Shown here in pieces: positions 38,901 to 54,400 of a stretch of DNA of 64,000 nucleotides; within the stretch, counting starts at the first letter, position 1; every line of letters starts with the position of its first letter. The position numbers and the translations under genes were made by a program. Below the pieces are notes generated by a model. That model ran no database searches. It saw only the letters and a list, made by a program, of their open reading frames with translations, and was not told where the DNA came from. Source of the stretch: Azolla caroliniana (Eukaryota; Plantae; Polypodiophyta); assembly GCA_043228905.1 (NCBI GenBank), contig JBHGNT010000007.1, positions 17,422,001-17,486,000 of the forward strand, read 5' to 3'.

Positions 38901-41411
38901 ATTGTCTATGGAAATTAGCTTTAAGTTTCATGAGCTTAACTTTTTGTTATCCGACAAGGATTTTGTCACTATTATGTAGGAAGTTGTGTTTTGCACGAGC
39001 ACAACTGTACAAAATAAATTTGAGGTAAAGTCTAGTTTAGCTTTAAAATGCAGGAGAGTCTAGTTTCATTGTGATAATGTGACTCTAAAACCATTAAGCG
39101 TCATCTCTCAAAGCCACTATGTAGTCACAAATTGAAACTCTTGAAGGGTGCATGTTATCAACTTGGAAACTGAATCGATCAACTTCTATCATTAGATTAT
39201 ACCTTTATCATTCTAATAACACCATCATCATTATCAATATTATGAAGTCCTTTCATTAGGGTGACATCAACATCTACTACATATCAAAATCAAGGGATTT
39301 TAGCATACATGATGAGCCAAAATCCTTTGATTCTGGCATGGATAAGTTTTCAAGCACTTTTACAATGTTTGTTTATGTCCAACAAACTTACAAAGCGATA
39401 TATTTTTAGGATGTCTCGAAGGTGAACAACCCCTAATGATAGAATAATGTGGGTAAGAGAAGTCAACAAAACAAATCAATAACTTTGGAATTGGGATTAC
39501 GTCTAAAGCTTGAGTTTAGGGGTCTTCAAATTGAACCTAAAGTTTGTCCCAAGGGTTTGTTTGGGTTGCTTCAAGAACGAGGGCAAGCGTTCATTAGACA
39601 CTTGCACACGTATGTTAGATGAAACCTGATATCCACATGAACCCATCATGCTTAGCTTGACGATATTATGTTGTAAGACATTTATAAAGGTTAGTAATTT
39701 TTTCATATATGTAACATAATGGTATCGCGACAATTAACACGTGCAATCAAAGAAAAATGATATATATATTTATTTATACATACATACATACATACATGTT
39801 ATATACACACACATATTCGTAAACATATTGTAAGTTATCATGAAAAGGCCATTACTTTCTCCAAAATATCGTACATATGTACGAGGTCGATTGAATTCGA
39901 TGATTGGTGATATTAAAATTATTAGGAAGTTATGCACATTTAATACATCCTCTTGTGCTACTTTTCTTTATGGTTGGTGTGTGGTCATTCAATTACAAGA
40001 AGCATGATGAGTTATACAAAAGAACAAGATGCTTGTGAATTTTCATTTTGGATCCACATTTCTTTTTGGTATAAGATAAAGTGGGCCCCAATGCCCCATC
40101 AATACTCATGGGTCAAGAGACATGTAAAATGATGGGATTATTCTTCATTGTATATATGAACATGCTCAAGATGTGTGTGTGTGTGTGCACGCTCTCATGA
40201 GAGAGATGCTTATCATTTAATGGATAAAAGAATACTCTAGTTCTCTTGAAATATAAAGTGCAAGACCTAATTAGACATAAAATACAATACTGAGACTAGC
40301 TAACAAAGCCCACCATTGACAAGGTGTCCATATGGAGTTAGAGGAAATCAAATGAGGCAAAAATATGAATGACATTATAAAACTATTGAGTAGCCCTATG
40401 TCCATGAACCCATTCAAAGATATATTTGTGGATGGAAAAACATGGTAGACAAATTTGAAATAAACATGTATGGAACTCATTCTACATTTTTGCTATTTAG
40501 AGATGGTCCTTGTGCTAGTAATTGGAAATCTAAGTCCATTAATCCTATTATATTCAAGAAGGTATCATGAAATTACTTGTCAACATGTTCTTATTGAGTT
40601 CTACTACTAGATCAAGAATATCCATCTAAGAGTTTGGGTTTCATCATTGTTGGTAGGGAGTAAAATATCATGCATGGTTATTTATTCATGTAGGGATTCC
40701 TTATAAGGCTTTTGTTAAGTACTATTACGATTCCATATTGAATGTCTTCATTGGTATTCAACCTACTTTTTCAACTTGTTCACTTTTGTTGGGCATTGAC
40801 AATTGGAGTTGTGGGTGACGTGCCCGATTTCCTTGTCACATACATTAGGGAAGGAAGCAACCTTTAGTGGAAAATGCACATGTTATTCAATCCCAATATC
40901 TATATCTAAATATAATCTATTATGGGATTACACATGTACCAAAGCAAACATATCTACAATTGAGTTCAAGAGGAGCCAAGTCAAGAGGCTATTTTGTCTT
41001 CTGTCTCATTAGAGTATCAAAGAGTGGAATAAACAATGGGGCTTTTGAGCAACTTTAGAGATTCAATGGTTCATGCCTCAATCTAGTTCAATTGCTCTAT
41101 GTAATAAGAAACAACTCTATCAAAAACTTGATATAAACATAGGGATATATTCCAAAGTTTGTCCCTTGTTATTTTTCGCAATACCGATATGTTGTAAGTT
41201 CACTCGTGCAATAGACAACGCATTATAAAAGGAACTCCTAACCCTTTTTAAAAGTTCCCATTTTCAATCAAAAAGATTCCAAGTCATAAATGTAAGCAAT
41301 AATTCATTATCCTAAAAGAATGTGGCATGACATGAAAATGAATTTCGAAGTATAAAGTTCACATATCAAAAGTTTGTAACAAGCTTAATCTGTAAAGTGT
41401 ATTATTGCACC

Positions 41412-41537
41412 TTGTGAATTCATAATGGATCCACCATATAAGCTAAAGTAGTTGCGTAAGAAAGGCAACGCAATTTGTGAATTCATAATGGATCTATCAT
41501 ACAAGCTAAAGTAATTGCGTAAGAAAGGCAATGCAAT
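41412..41537. repeat. 63-bp tandem duplication
   Basis: TTGTGAATTCATAATGGATC..AAGCTAAAGTA.TTGCGTAAGAAAGGCAA.GCAAT occurs twice. Confidence 0.85.
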
Positions 41538-41670
41538 TGGTTTTAACATTTTGGTTGTGAAATGAAATTGCATTTCCCCATATTTTAAGGAGAAACTATC
41601 AGTTTGTGTTTTTATGCTTGTGGATAAGTTAAAACAATGAGTTTGTAAAGCCATGTTTTTAGGGGAAGAC

Positions 41671-41904
41671 TATCCATACTTAAAAAAGGAGAGAACATAT
41701 AAAATCACGAAAACATGTGAAATATATCCAAACCAATGAAATTTATTAGCTTTGAATCCATGCTCGTTAACAACACAAGACATCAATTATCCATACTTAA
41801 AAAAGGAGAGAACATATAAAATCACGAAAACATGTGAAATATATCCAAACCAATGAAATTTATTAGCTTTGAATCCATGCTCGTTAACAACACAAGACAT
41901 CAAT
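41671..41904. repeat. Apparently perfect 117-bp tandem duplication
   Basis: TATCCATACTTAAAAAAGG..CACAAGACATCAAT at 41671 and 41788. Confidence 0.9.
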
Positions 41905-42162
41905 TTAACCCTATGCCATTATTGGAATTAAAAATGATGCCCCACCAACATTATTAGTTGGCAACATGTATAATACACAACGTGTATGTGTATATTTTTT
42001 GTATGTGCATGTACATGCATGTTGTATGCACACATGTGGTAGTGTGTCTATGCACTGTAAAACCAATGCTTTTTGTATTGTATTATAACATGGTAGGTCT
42101 TATTTATGTTTGTATGACATACAAGCCAAATACTTACATTGTAATTCTATATATATGCATAC

Positions 42163-42936
42163 TGATAGAGTGTATAAGACGAATGATAATCGTACACACT
42201 ATGAGGGCTTGACCAAACCGATTACAGAGAGTGGTGAATTATAATAGATTATAGAGACCAAGGTGGCTACAAATTAGGGAGAGAGACTTAAGAAATTAAG
42301 AGAAAAGATAGAGAAGTCGAGAAAGAGATAAGAATGCTATAATATTCTACTATTGAGACAATACAAATGGGATAAACTCCAAATTCAACCAAAAAACCAA
42401 AGGACTTCTTGACTTCCAATCACTCAAACCCACAAATTTCTTTCACTATTCTACCTTAATCTCTTTCCTCCTTCAACTATGCTTCCTTATCCCTTGTATG
42501 ACGGAGACTAGGGATCGGCAACGGTTCGGTTTAGGCTTAGCCGGTTTGGCCTGATCCAAGCCAAACCGGTTAAGCCTAAACCGTTTACGGGATCTCAAAC
42601 TTGAGCCGAACCGAGCCGAGCCGGTTCACAAACCGGTTTAGGCTAAACCGGTTTGGTAAACGGCTTGTAAACCGGTTTCCAAACCGGCTTGGAAACCGGT
42701 TTAGAAACCTCCCTCCCTCCCTCTCTCTCTCTCAGATGATCCACTATATACTATACATTGTACAAGCTCTCCCTCCCATTCTCTCTCACGTCTGTGGTCT
42801 CGACTCTCTCCCTCCCTCCCCCTCTCTCTCTCTCCCCTCTATGTAGTTCCTCTCTCTCTCTCTCTCTCTCTCTCCCCTCTATGTAGTCTCTCTCTCTCTC
42901 CCCTCTATGTAGTCTCTCTCTCTCTCCCCTCTATGT

Positions 42937-42972
<36 letters not shown>

Positions 42973-45900
42973 CGTAAATAATGGCTTTCATTATGAAAGA
43001 AAAAACACCACCATGACTAACTTACAACAAACTATAGAACCCCTTCTATCTAGGGATCTAAAGAAAACTACGACACCAAACTCAATGCCACCCTACACAC
43101 CAATTCAAATGGCGAATATGATGATATGTGACCTTGAAGAGTTCTCTCTCTTCTTGGTTGAGATTTTGTAACTTCTCTAGCACTGTCAATTGCCACAAAA
43201 GAAGTCCTTTTAACTTAAGAACATATTTTCTCACCCCAACTTGTGAATAAAAAATGAAGGCATTCCACATATTCCAATTGAACCATAGCCCCCAATACCT
43301 CAAGAACTCAAAAATAATTTGAAAATGAGGCATCGGTTCATTGTAGTCTCTCTCTCTCTCTCTCCTTATGTTGTCTCCCTCCCTCCCTCTCTCTCTCTCC
43401 TCATCTCTGTAGTCTCTCTCTCTCTCTCTCCTTATATGTTGTCTCCCTCCCTCTCTCTCTCTCTCCACGTCTGTGTAGTTCTCCCTCCCTCACTCTCTCT
43501 CTCCCATCGTCTGTTTAGTCTCCCTCACTCTCTCACTCACTCTCTCTCTCTCTCTCTCTCTTTCCCCTTGTCTATTGTCTCTCTCCCCCTCTCTCTAAAG
43601 TTTATAAACGGCTTAAACGGTTTAGCCGGCTTGAGCCGGTTTGGCGAGGCTCAAGCCAAGCCGAGCCGAGCTCAAACCGTTAAGGCAAGTTCAAGCCTAA
43701 ATCGAGCCGCCAAGCCGCCAAGCCGGCTAAGCCAAACGGTTTAGGCTTGAGCTGGACCGTTTCCAATCCCTAACGGAGACACATATACTCAGGCCCCATA
43801 GGTCAAAATTGGCCTCTTTATGGACGATAAAAATTCTAATTCTAATTCTAATTTATCTAGAAGTTTTTCATCTCCTATTTTTAGCTATGACACAACAACC
43901 TTTTCATCGTCATATCTCCCTCATCAAAGCTCCAAATTTAGAGATATAAAAAGCTACATATATCTCTCTTTACGTGCTTTCTAACCCATATTTGAACATG
44001 ATATTTGGGTTACAAACGAAAGAGATATGACCGTTCCTTTTAGACTGTTTTTAGGTGACCGCTTTTTCTTTTTTTACTTTTCTCTATGTCTCTTGCTTTT
44101 AGTTTGACTTCTTCCTAAGATATTGGTTCGTGTTCTTGCCCTCCAAATGTGAATGCTCCATACCTTATATTCTTTTAGAGTTCAATAGCTTGAATTCTAA
44201 ACACACTTTCACATTTAAAAAGAAAAAAATTGAATACACTATCATTTTGGCGCTCCCATCTAATAATTTATCGGATTGGAGTATGATGAACTTATCACCA
44301 TCGATGGGGTTTAACATCTTCTAATATCACTGACAGCTTAAGAATCTTTAATTAAAAGACCTTTAATGGTTACTGGGATAGTGGGTTGAATATCCTTTCG
44401 ATCTTTGACTTACACAATTCACACGTAATGCATGGTCTTCTGACTTTGGCAGGTACTCGCAAGCTGCATCCACTCCTTTCGTAATGTGGGAGATAATTGG
44501 AGAAGTTGCGGCCATGTTATCCTTGGTCCACTTGATACCAATTCATGCTTCAAATTAAAAGCTTCTACACCTTCTCCCATAGGAATATCCTCCATTCTTA
44601 TTTATCTTCCTTCTAGAGTGTCTCCTTCTCAATTTCTCCTCTTTCTCATTCTCCGTAGACTTCTTCTTTTGTCTTGGTGCACTAGATTCTCCTTCTACTT
44701 CTTTCTCCTTTTGAGAGGCTCTTATCCTTTTCACAAGAGCTACTTCACAAGCATTATCACTATCATCAATAAAATTAAGAAGATTCACATTATGAGGAAT
44801 CGTGGGAATCTGAGCCATAGGAAGTGCTATGGTTTCACCTCCTTCGACTCCATTGTTAATAGGTCGGTGCCCATTCCTCTGCACTTGATACATGCCTCTT
44901 CCCATACCTCTTTGTTGTCGATGAGGACATCTTGTTGAAATGTGCCCCCTCTTGACAAGAATAACAAATTACGCCTTAATGCCCTCTAGAGCCACCACCA
45001 TTGGGAATAGTGTTGTGAATTGCCAATTCACTGGGATTGTCCCAAGTGGGTCATCACTTCATCAAAGTGCCGATTCACCCCATTGTACCTTGTTCACTCT
45101 TTACTTGCTCGACTTCTTAAGATACACCTACTGGATTTACTTTTGTGGTTGTATACACATTTGGAAAAAATTGTCCACCATGCACAATTGGAGATGAGGT
45201 TTGAAGGTTGGCACAAGGCATCAAGTGCACCCAAAGCTGTCATTTGGGGAAATCCATGGAACTCATCATATTCAATTTCTGATCATAATCTTGACAAACT
45301 TGGATAAGAGCTTGAAAAGATGTTGGATCCTTCAAGCTTTCCTCCAAACAGAAATGCATGTCAAGGCCCATCTTAAATCGTTCCATCGTAAACCACTCGT
45401 CTTCAGTGCCACCACGAAGACGAATCGACGTCGTCTATGATTCCTGGAAATTTCTTTCATACTCTATGAAACCAAGAGGTGATTCCATCTTTAGTCAAAA
45501 AAGTTCTTCCCTGATTTCAGTTTCATTTCGCTATTGAATATATCTTGTACGAAATTGATGCATCAACAATTGATATTCTCCTTGTTCGTTTGGTGGAAAA
45601 GAGTCATACCAATCTCGAGCTTGACCATAGAATGTGGCTACCAACAAAGACGACATTTCATTGTCGATTATGCGTCCAATAGAGACAACACGATGCTCAA
45701 AGGATGCCAAAAAGGCACCAACATCTTGTGTTCTTTTACCTGAGAATGCAAATTGCATTGTTAGAGCTAATGTAGTACGCTAACACAAAGAAAGGATAGG
45801 ACCTCCCTCCTATAAGGAAAGGATCGATCGTTCCTGGAGAGCCAAAATGATAGAGTGTATAAGACAAATGATAATCGTACACAATATGAGGGCTTGACCA

Positions 45901-46577
45901 AACCGATTAGAGAGTGTTGTGAGTTATAATAGATTATAGAGAAAAGATAAAGAAGAGAAAAGAAACAAACAAGAATGCTACTATATTCTGTTATGGAGAC
46001 AATACAAATTTGATAAAGTCCAAATAAAACCATAAACCTAAAGAACTACTTGATTTCCTATCACCTAAACTCACAAAAATCCTTTCTTCATCTCCTTCTT
46101 TTTCTCTTATTCTTCTTCTCATCTCTTTCTACTTTCTCGCCTCCCTTCTTCTAACAAGTCTATTCTCACTTCTTATAATCATCTTATTCTTCATCTTTCC
46201 TCTCTTTTTCACGCTTTTTTTTGAAGTTTTTGATCTTCTATTTTTAGCTATGACACAACAACCTTCTCATCGTCATATCTCCCTCACCCGAGCTCCACAT
46301 TTAGAGAAGTAAAATTCTAAAGATAGGTCTCTTCACGAGCTTTCCAACCCATATTTTAACATGATATGTGGATTTCAAACGAAAGAGTTATGACCGTTCT
46401 TTTCTGACTGTTTTTAGGTGGCCCGCTTTTTCTCCGTTTACTTTTGTCCATGTTTCCTACTTTTAGTTTGACTTCTCCTTAAGATCTTGGTTCGTGTTCT
46501 TGTCTTCCAAATGTGAATGCTCCATATCTTATATTCTTCTAGTGTTCAATAGCTAGAATTCTAAAAACACTTTCACA
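42163..46577 (-). mobile_element. Non-autonomous Gypsy-type LTR element (gag remnant only)
   Basis: Direct repeats TGATAG..TTCACA at 42163-44213 (interrupted by the hAT element) and 45848-46577, with TSD CATAC on both sides. Minus-strand gag relic FSGKRTQDVGAFLASFE..GQARDWYDSF plus a degenerate zinc knuckle. Confidence 0.8.
42509..43772. mobile_element. Non-autonomous hAT element nested in an LTR
   Basis: TIRs TAGGGATCGGCAACGG / CCGTTTCCAATCCCTA, perfect 8-bp TSD ACGGAGAC and dense subterminal AAACCG/AAACGG motifs. Confidence 0.93.
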
Positions 46578-47384
46578 CATACAAACAAACAAAATGCATT
46601 TGAGAAAGAGAGATTCTATTATCGTCCACAAACATCAAATATGACTGATTCGACTGAAGTGACACATTTTATCAAGTAGTGTGTGTGGAGCTGATAAGTG
46701 AATCTTGGTGCTTAAGAACTTTACTAGTGATCGACATGTGCATAGGGATAGGTCATGGTTCAAAATGTGGTGAAAGCAAGCCTAAATGTGACAAAACATG
46801 ATATCCAAGCTCAAGAGCTTGTTAGTTGTTGAATGCCCTCATTGGTGCCTTTCCCGTTAATGATACTAAATAACAAAATTGAAAACACATTAATTAAGAA
46901 CTTCTACCTATGCTCAAGGTTGTTTCTAGTGTACTATAATGAAAATTTTAACAAAAATTTCACTAGTAAGTAGAAATCTCTGTCACTCATATTTGTTAGT
47001 AACTTGACATTTAGTCACATCAATTAGTAATGTTCGGTGAAAAAGAAATAAGTAGAGATGATAACAAATGTATGATGTATTCCAAGATGCCTTAGTGAGA
47101 GTGCAAAACGTAACTCATGTTTTTGACCACAGACAAATTTGGAACACAAATCTTTCAAATACGGTACTACTATGGAAGGTTCCTTTCGAGATTACAACGT
47201 TTGATAACATCTATAGTAGATTCATTTCTTGCCTATGATTGTTATAAGAAACTGTCATCAAGGTACTTGCCTCGAAGGTGATCATAATGATCAGATTGTT
47301 AATGAAGTTGATAATGTTAAACTCATGAATACAACTTATGGCATTAATGAAAATATTGACAAATCATTAATTAAAACTATTTAA

Positions 47385-49118
<1,734 letters not shown>

Positions 49119-49389
49119 TCGCGATGTTTTCAACACATAGTGTGAAACCACTATCAAAAGAGAATAAAGTAGTAGTTCAAATAAACTAATATTCTGAAGT
49201 TAACTTTTGTAATAAATGATGAAAAGATAAAAAGTTAGAAGCAGTTTTCAAAAGTAGAAAAAGTAGTAAAAAAAAAAAACGCAAGGCGTGGAATTGAGGA
49301 GCAAGGTAAAGAAAAAAACTCGTAATTGGACAGATGCATAAGAAAGCTAACATCAAGATCTTTCTAATTTGGGCTTACAAAAGAGAAAT

Positions 49390-50790
49390 AGTGATGCATT
49401 GGATTTCAGTTGAAAGTTCACTTTTTCTTATTTGTTTCCGAGTTTTCTTATTTTTTGAATTTTTTTATTTTTCCCATAAATAAATAAATAAAAATTGGAA
49501 AAATAGATTTTCAACGTAAATCTCATGCACTGCATCGGATTTCAGTTGAAAGTCCACTATTTCTTATTTTTTGAAATTTTTTTGTATTTGTTTTGAATTT
49601 TTTTATTTTTCCAATAAAGAAATAAATAAATTTAAAAAATAGATTTTCAACGGAAATTTGATGCACTGCATCGGATTTCCATTGATAGTCCACTATTTCT
49701 TATTTGTTTCCAAATTTTCATATTGTTTATTTGGAAATTGTTTATTTGGAAATTGTTTATTTTTCCCATCAATAAATAAATAAAAATTGAAAAAATGGAT
49801 TTTCAACGAAAATCCGTTGCACTTCATCAGATTTTGGTTGAAAGTCCACTTTTTCTTATTTGTTTCAGAATTTTCATATGTTTTGAATTTTTTTTGTTTC
49901 CATAAATAAATAAATAAACATTGGAAAAATGGATTTTCAATGGAAATCCAATGGAGAACATCGGATTTTAGTTGAAAATCCACTTTTTCTTATTTGTTTT
50001 CAATTTTTTTTTAATTTTTATTTTGTCCATAAAAAAATGATAAAAATAAAAGAATCATGTCTTTGGCCATTTAAAATGATGTATTTTCAATGGGAATACG
50101 ATGCAGTGCATCGGATTTCCGTTGAAAGTCCATAATCAAGAATTTTCTTTTATTTTTCCATTTATCATGGAATTTTAACTAAAATCCGATGTAGTGGATC
50201 AGATTTTCGTTGAAAATGCAATATTTTTTTATTATTTCATTGTTTTATGAAAAAACTAAAAGAAATTTGGATTTTTAATTGAAATCTGATGCAGTGCATT
50301 AGATTTCAATTGAAAATCCAGTTTTTAAGCTATTTTTATTTATTTACCAAAAAAATGAAAAACAATTGAAAAGAAAAAGAATTGTCAGACAAAATTTGAT
50401 GCACTACGTTGATGTCTAGCTGTATAGAGTACAATTCGATGCAGTGCATTAGATTTTCGTTGAAAAGCCATTTATTATTATTATTATTATGGAAAAAATA
50501 TAAATAAATAAATAACATTGAAAAAAGAAAAAAGAAAACTGGATTTTCGACTTTAATCCAACGCATTGCATTGGATTCTAGTTGTATAGACTAAAATATA
50601 ATGTAGTGCATCATATTTTAATTGAAAATCCATTTATTATTTTTTTATGATTATTTTTTTAAAATTTACAAAATTAAAAAAAATCTTGGATTCTCAACTA
50701 AATCTAGTGCATTGCATTGGATTCCAGTTGAAAATCCAAGATTTTTTATTTTTTCAAATTTTCATTGGGTTCTCAATTTGTTTTCTAACA
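49390..50790. repeat. AT-rich array of ~50-bp palindromes (block 1)
   Basis: About 12 degenerate copies of GGATTTTCAACGGAAATCCGATGCA-N-TGCATCGGATTTCCGTTGAAAATCC separated by A/T tracts. Confidence 0.85.
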
Positions 50791-51497
50791 CAGGTATATA
50801 ATATAAAACTTACATCAATTTAGATTAGCGTTCTAGTCTAATCTTCAGTTTGATGTTACATGTGCAATTTCATTCTACTATCATGTACCACAACATGCGC
50901 CTTAAAGATGTTCAGGAACTTTGTTGCATTAGAAAAGGACCCTGAGTAGGTTAATTTCATCAAAATGAGGATCCAAGGTATCTGGGACTGTCCTGATCAA
51001 GACCAAGAAGTTGGAGCAAAGCATATCAATGAAACTTAGATGTTCCAGATGACTTCTAGAGAACCTATGGAACCTATAGATGAAGAAGTAGGGAACCTTG
51101 TTGAATTAGCAGACGTGTAAGCATCCGAACATACTAACGATTCAACTTAGCGTACTAACGAAGCCAATGAGGACAATCCTGATGAAAGAGCTAATCCTGA
51201 GGAGACGGCTTTACTAGACTTATTATTCGATTGAATGGATATGGCTTATTGTAAAATTTGAACAATATGAATTGTTAAATTTTGACATAATATATAAGTT
51301 GAGCTTATTTATAATTTTCGTGTAACACTTATTGAAATTAGAGATTAAGTACAATTTGTATTTGTACATGTTGTCTAAAGTCTCCTTTATCGTTTGGGGC
51401 ATATGGGAGATAAAATTATACTCTATCATTTACTCGTATGATTGAAATGTTATTGTAGACTAGTTTATTTATACATTGACGGTGTCATGTATCACGT

Positions 51498-54400
51498 TGT
51501 CGTAGTGTATTTCGTACACTACGTGAAAAAGTAAAAATAATATAACTGATTTAATTACATATAAATAAATAAAATAAGAATATCAAGATATTTATCACGT
51601 GCATAGGGCAAGATTTGAACCCTATACCTCCACGTAGCCAAACCTCAACTTTACCATTATACTACCTTATCTTTAGTATTCTATAAATAGATTTAATAAC
51701 TATAAGTGCTTTATTTGCGCCTACCTTTATTAAAAGGTAAATCGTGCATTTTTAGAGTGTGTGAATATTTTATAGAAAAAACGCAAGCAACTAAAAAGTG
51801 ACTCGTGCACATCTAGCGTGCATGAGCACTATATTTAGCAAATAAAAGCAAGGATTAGAAAAGCATCACATGCATATTTAGTGTGCATGAACATATTAGA
51901 AAAAAAGCATGTAGCTATGCTTAGTCTCTCCCATCACTACATAAGGATGGGGAGCACAATGTAATAGTGTGTGAAATATTTGGAAATTGGATATATTTCC
52001 GAAAACACCAACCGATTAATATAATCGTGGGATTCACGAAAATAATATAATCTATACTTGTGGGATTCACAAGTTTCTTATATCTTTCTTTCAATCTAAA
52101 TACATATTCTTATCTAAATATTGATTAATCGAATACAATACACTCGTGGGATTCACGAAATTTCTATCTCTCTTTCTAATAATCTATTTATTACTAGCCT
52201 CATCTCATATTCTTCTTTCTCCTAGTCCAAAACCTCGGCGGTTCCCACCCGACTCACGCAACGATTCGGAGCCGAAAGGCACGACACAGTTGGTGAACCC
52301 GACGTGAAGGCGGGTGGCAAGGAGATGGAGAATCAACAAGAGGCAATGAGCATAACGATGATGATGATGTTCGAGCGGATGCTACAAGAACAACGAGTGA
52401 TGTCGGAGATCATGGGGGCAGTAAAGCGGCTCGTACAACGAAACGGACAATTCAACGGAAACGATGTGTCACGCTATCTACGTGACTACAAGGCGGAGAT
52501 GATACGATGTGGGATACCGGAAGGATTGCAAGTGACATCCTTCAATCGGGTGGCCACGGATGAGCTACAAGAGAGAATCCACAAGATACGGCAACAAAAC
52601 TCGACATGGGGGTCATTCGAAGAAGCTTTATGAGAGGCATATGATTACAAGAGATCAAAGGGACAAGATCGGCGAAAATTCGACGAATGGGTGGCATCGG
52701 AGAAGACCCACCGAAGTGCAACACAAGCATTCCTAGAGTTCGAGCATCGTCTTGCTCAACTCTCGGAGCGGGAACAACGATTGGTGGGGGAGGATAAAGT
52801 CCTAATGTTCGTAAAATCGATCGATCGAAAAGAAAGGATGGACATCGGGATTGAACTCGAAGATGATGACGGTGCGAACGGTCTTACCGAGGATTGGGCC
52901 AAAGTCGAAAGGGTATGCCGGAGACATGATGAGAGGAAGATGAGAATCTTGTCAACGACATGGCCGATGAAGGATGGTCGATTGAAGACAAACAATGGAG
53001 CCGATATGAAGGCCGAAATACAACATGATGGTGCGACGGAAGAGGGTGTAAAACAAGCTACCCTCTTGTCTTGCGAAAGAGCAACGACGAAGGATAAGGC
53101 CGATAACCCAAGTGTAGAAGAAGATTTCAGAATACAAGTGATTGAAACATCGGGTGAAAAAGGGGTAAGCATAATTGATGCAGTGAAAGAGAGCAAAGAG
53201 GACTTGATTGAGGAGGTCGCCACGAAAGATGACATCGAATCGAAGGTGGCTATGGACGAATCAACGACGGATGGCTATATCGAGACTTCCCCACCACTGA
53301 TTCTAGAGACTCCGGCGGTTGCGTTCGAAAGGCAACGTGAGACCGAAGAGACGGAAGGTGGCGGAGAGAAAACAAAGGTCGAAGTCGATGCATACGACGG
53401 AGAGATAGCCGAGAATATGGCTATGGGTGAAACAATGGAGGATGATAATACCGAGGATTCCTACCCACTAATTCTAGAGACTTCGGCAGTTGTGTCCGAG
53501 AACCAACGTGAGACCGGAGAGATGGGAGGTGGCAGCAAGAAAGGTAAAGTCGGAAGCCGGTTTGGATGGAAGGTGATCCGGACGGGATTCCGATCCGAAA
53601 GAAAGCCGACCCGAAAAGGGGTCGACTCGGTCAAAACCGATCGACTGAGTCTGACTTGGTCGAACGCGAATATGGATGGAAGCCGACCTAGCCGAAAGCC
53701 GATCGGGCGAAACCGATCCGGAAAGAAGCCAATCCGACTCAACCGGAGGTTGGACCGGTCGAGGCTGGTGAAAACGAGGAAAAGAAAGCCAACCGAAACC
53801 AAAACCGATAGATCGAAACCGGGCCGGAAGGAGACCGACTCAATCGAAACCGAACAACCGATTCCGATTCGGCCAAATACGAGTCCGATCGGAAGCCGAT
53901 CAAACCGAAAGTCGATGAAGACAAGAAAGAGGCCAGTAAAAGACACTACCACGAATGACAAGGGCCAAGAATATGACGAGAGAGAACAAAGAATATGGTG
54001 GATCGGATGGCGACAATGGTTCGGGTGGAAAGAATGGGTCTACTCAAAATGGAGAGACAAAGTTGACATAGCGGGACAAATGGAGGATGAAGGGGAGACA
54101 ACGAGCATCGGCAACTTCGGCACATACCGGAGGATGTGCGGGTTCGGAGGGGGCGAGTGTCGTAGTGTATTTCGTACACTACGTGAAAAAGTAAAAATAA
54201 TATAACCGATTTAATTACATATAAATAAATAAAATAAGAATATCAAGATATTTATCACGTGCATAGGGCAAGATTTGAACCCTGTACCTCCACGTAGCCA
54301 AACCTCAACTTTACCCTTATCTTTAGTATTCTATAAATAGATTTAATAACTATAAGTGCTTTATTTGCGCCTACCTTTATTAAAAGGTAAATCGTGCATT

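Noticed and set aside
32000-41300. Short ORFs and possible genes in the 32-41 kb interval
   Set aside because: No recognisable domain or coherent exon chain. It looks like old TE debris (possible solo LTR near 32200-32950, faint Copia-like pieces near 39900-41200, degenerate repeats at 37000-37600) that I cannot delimit.
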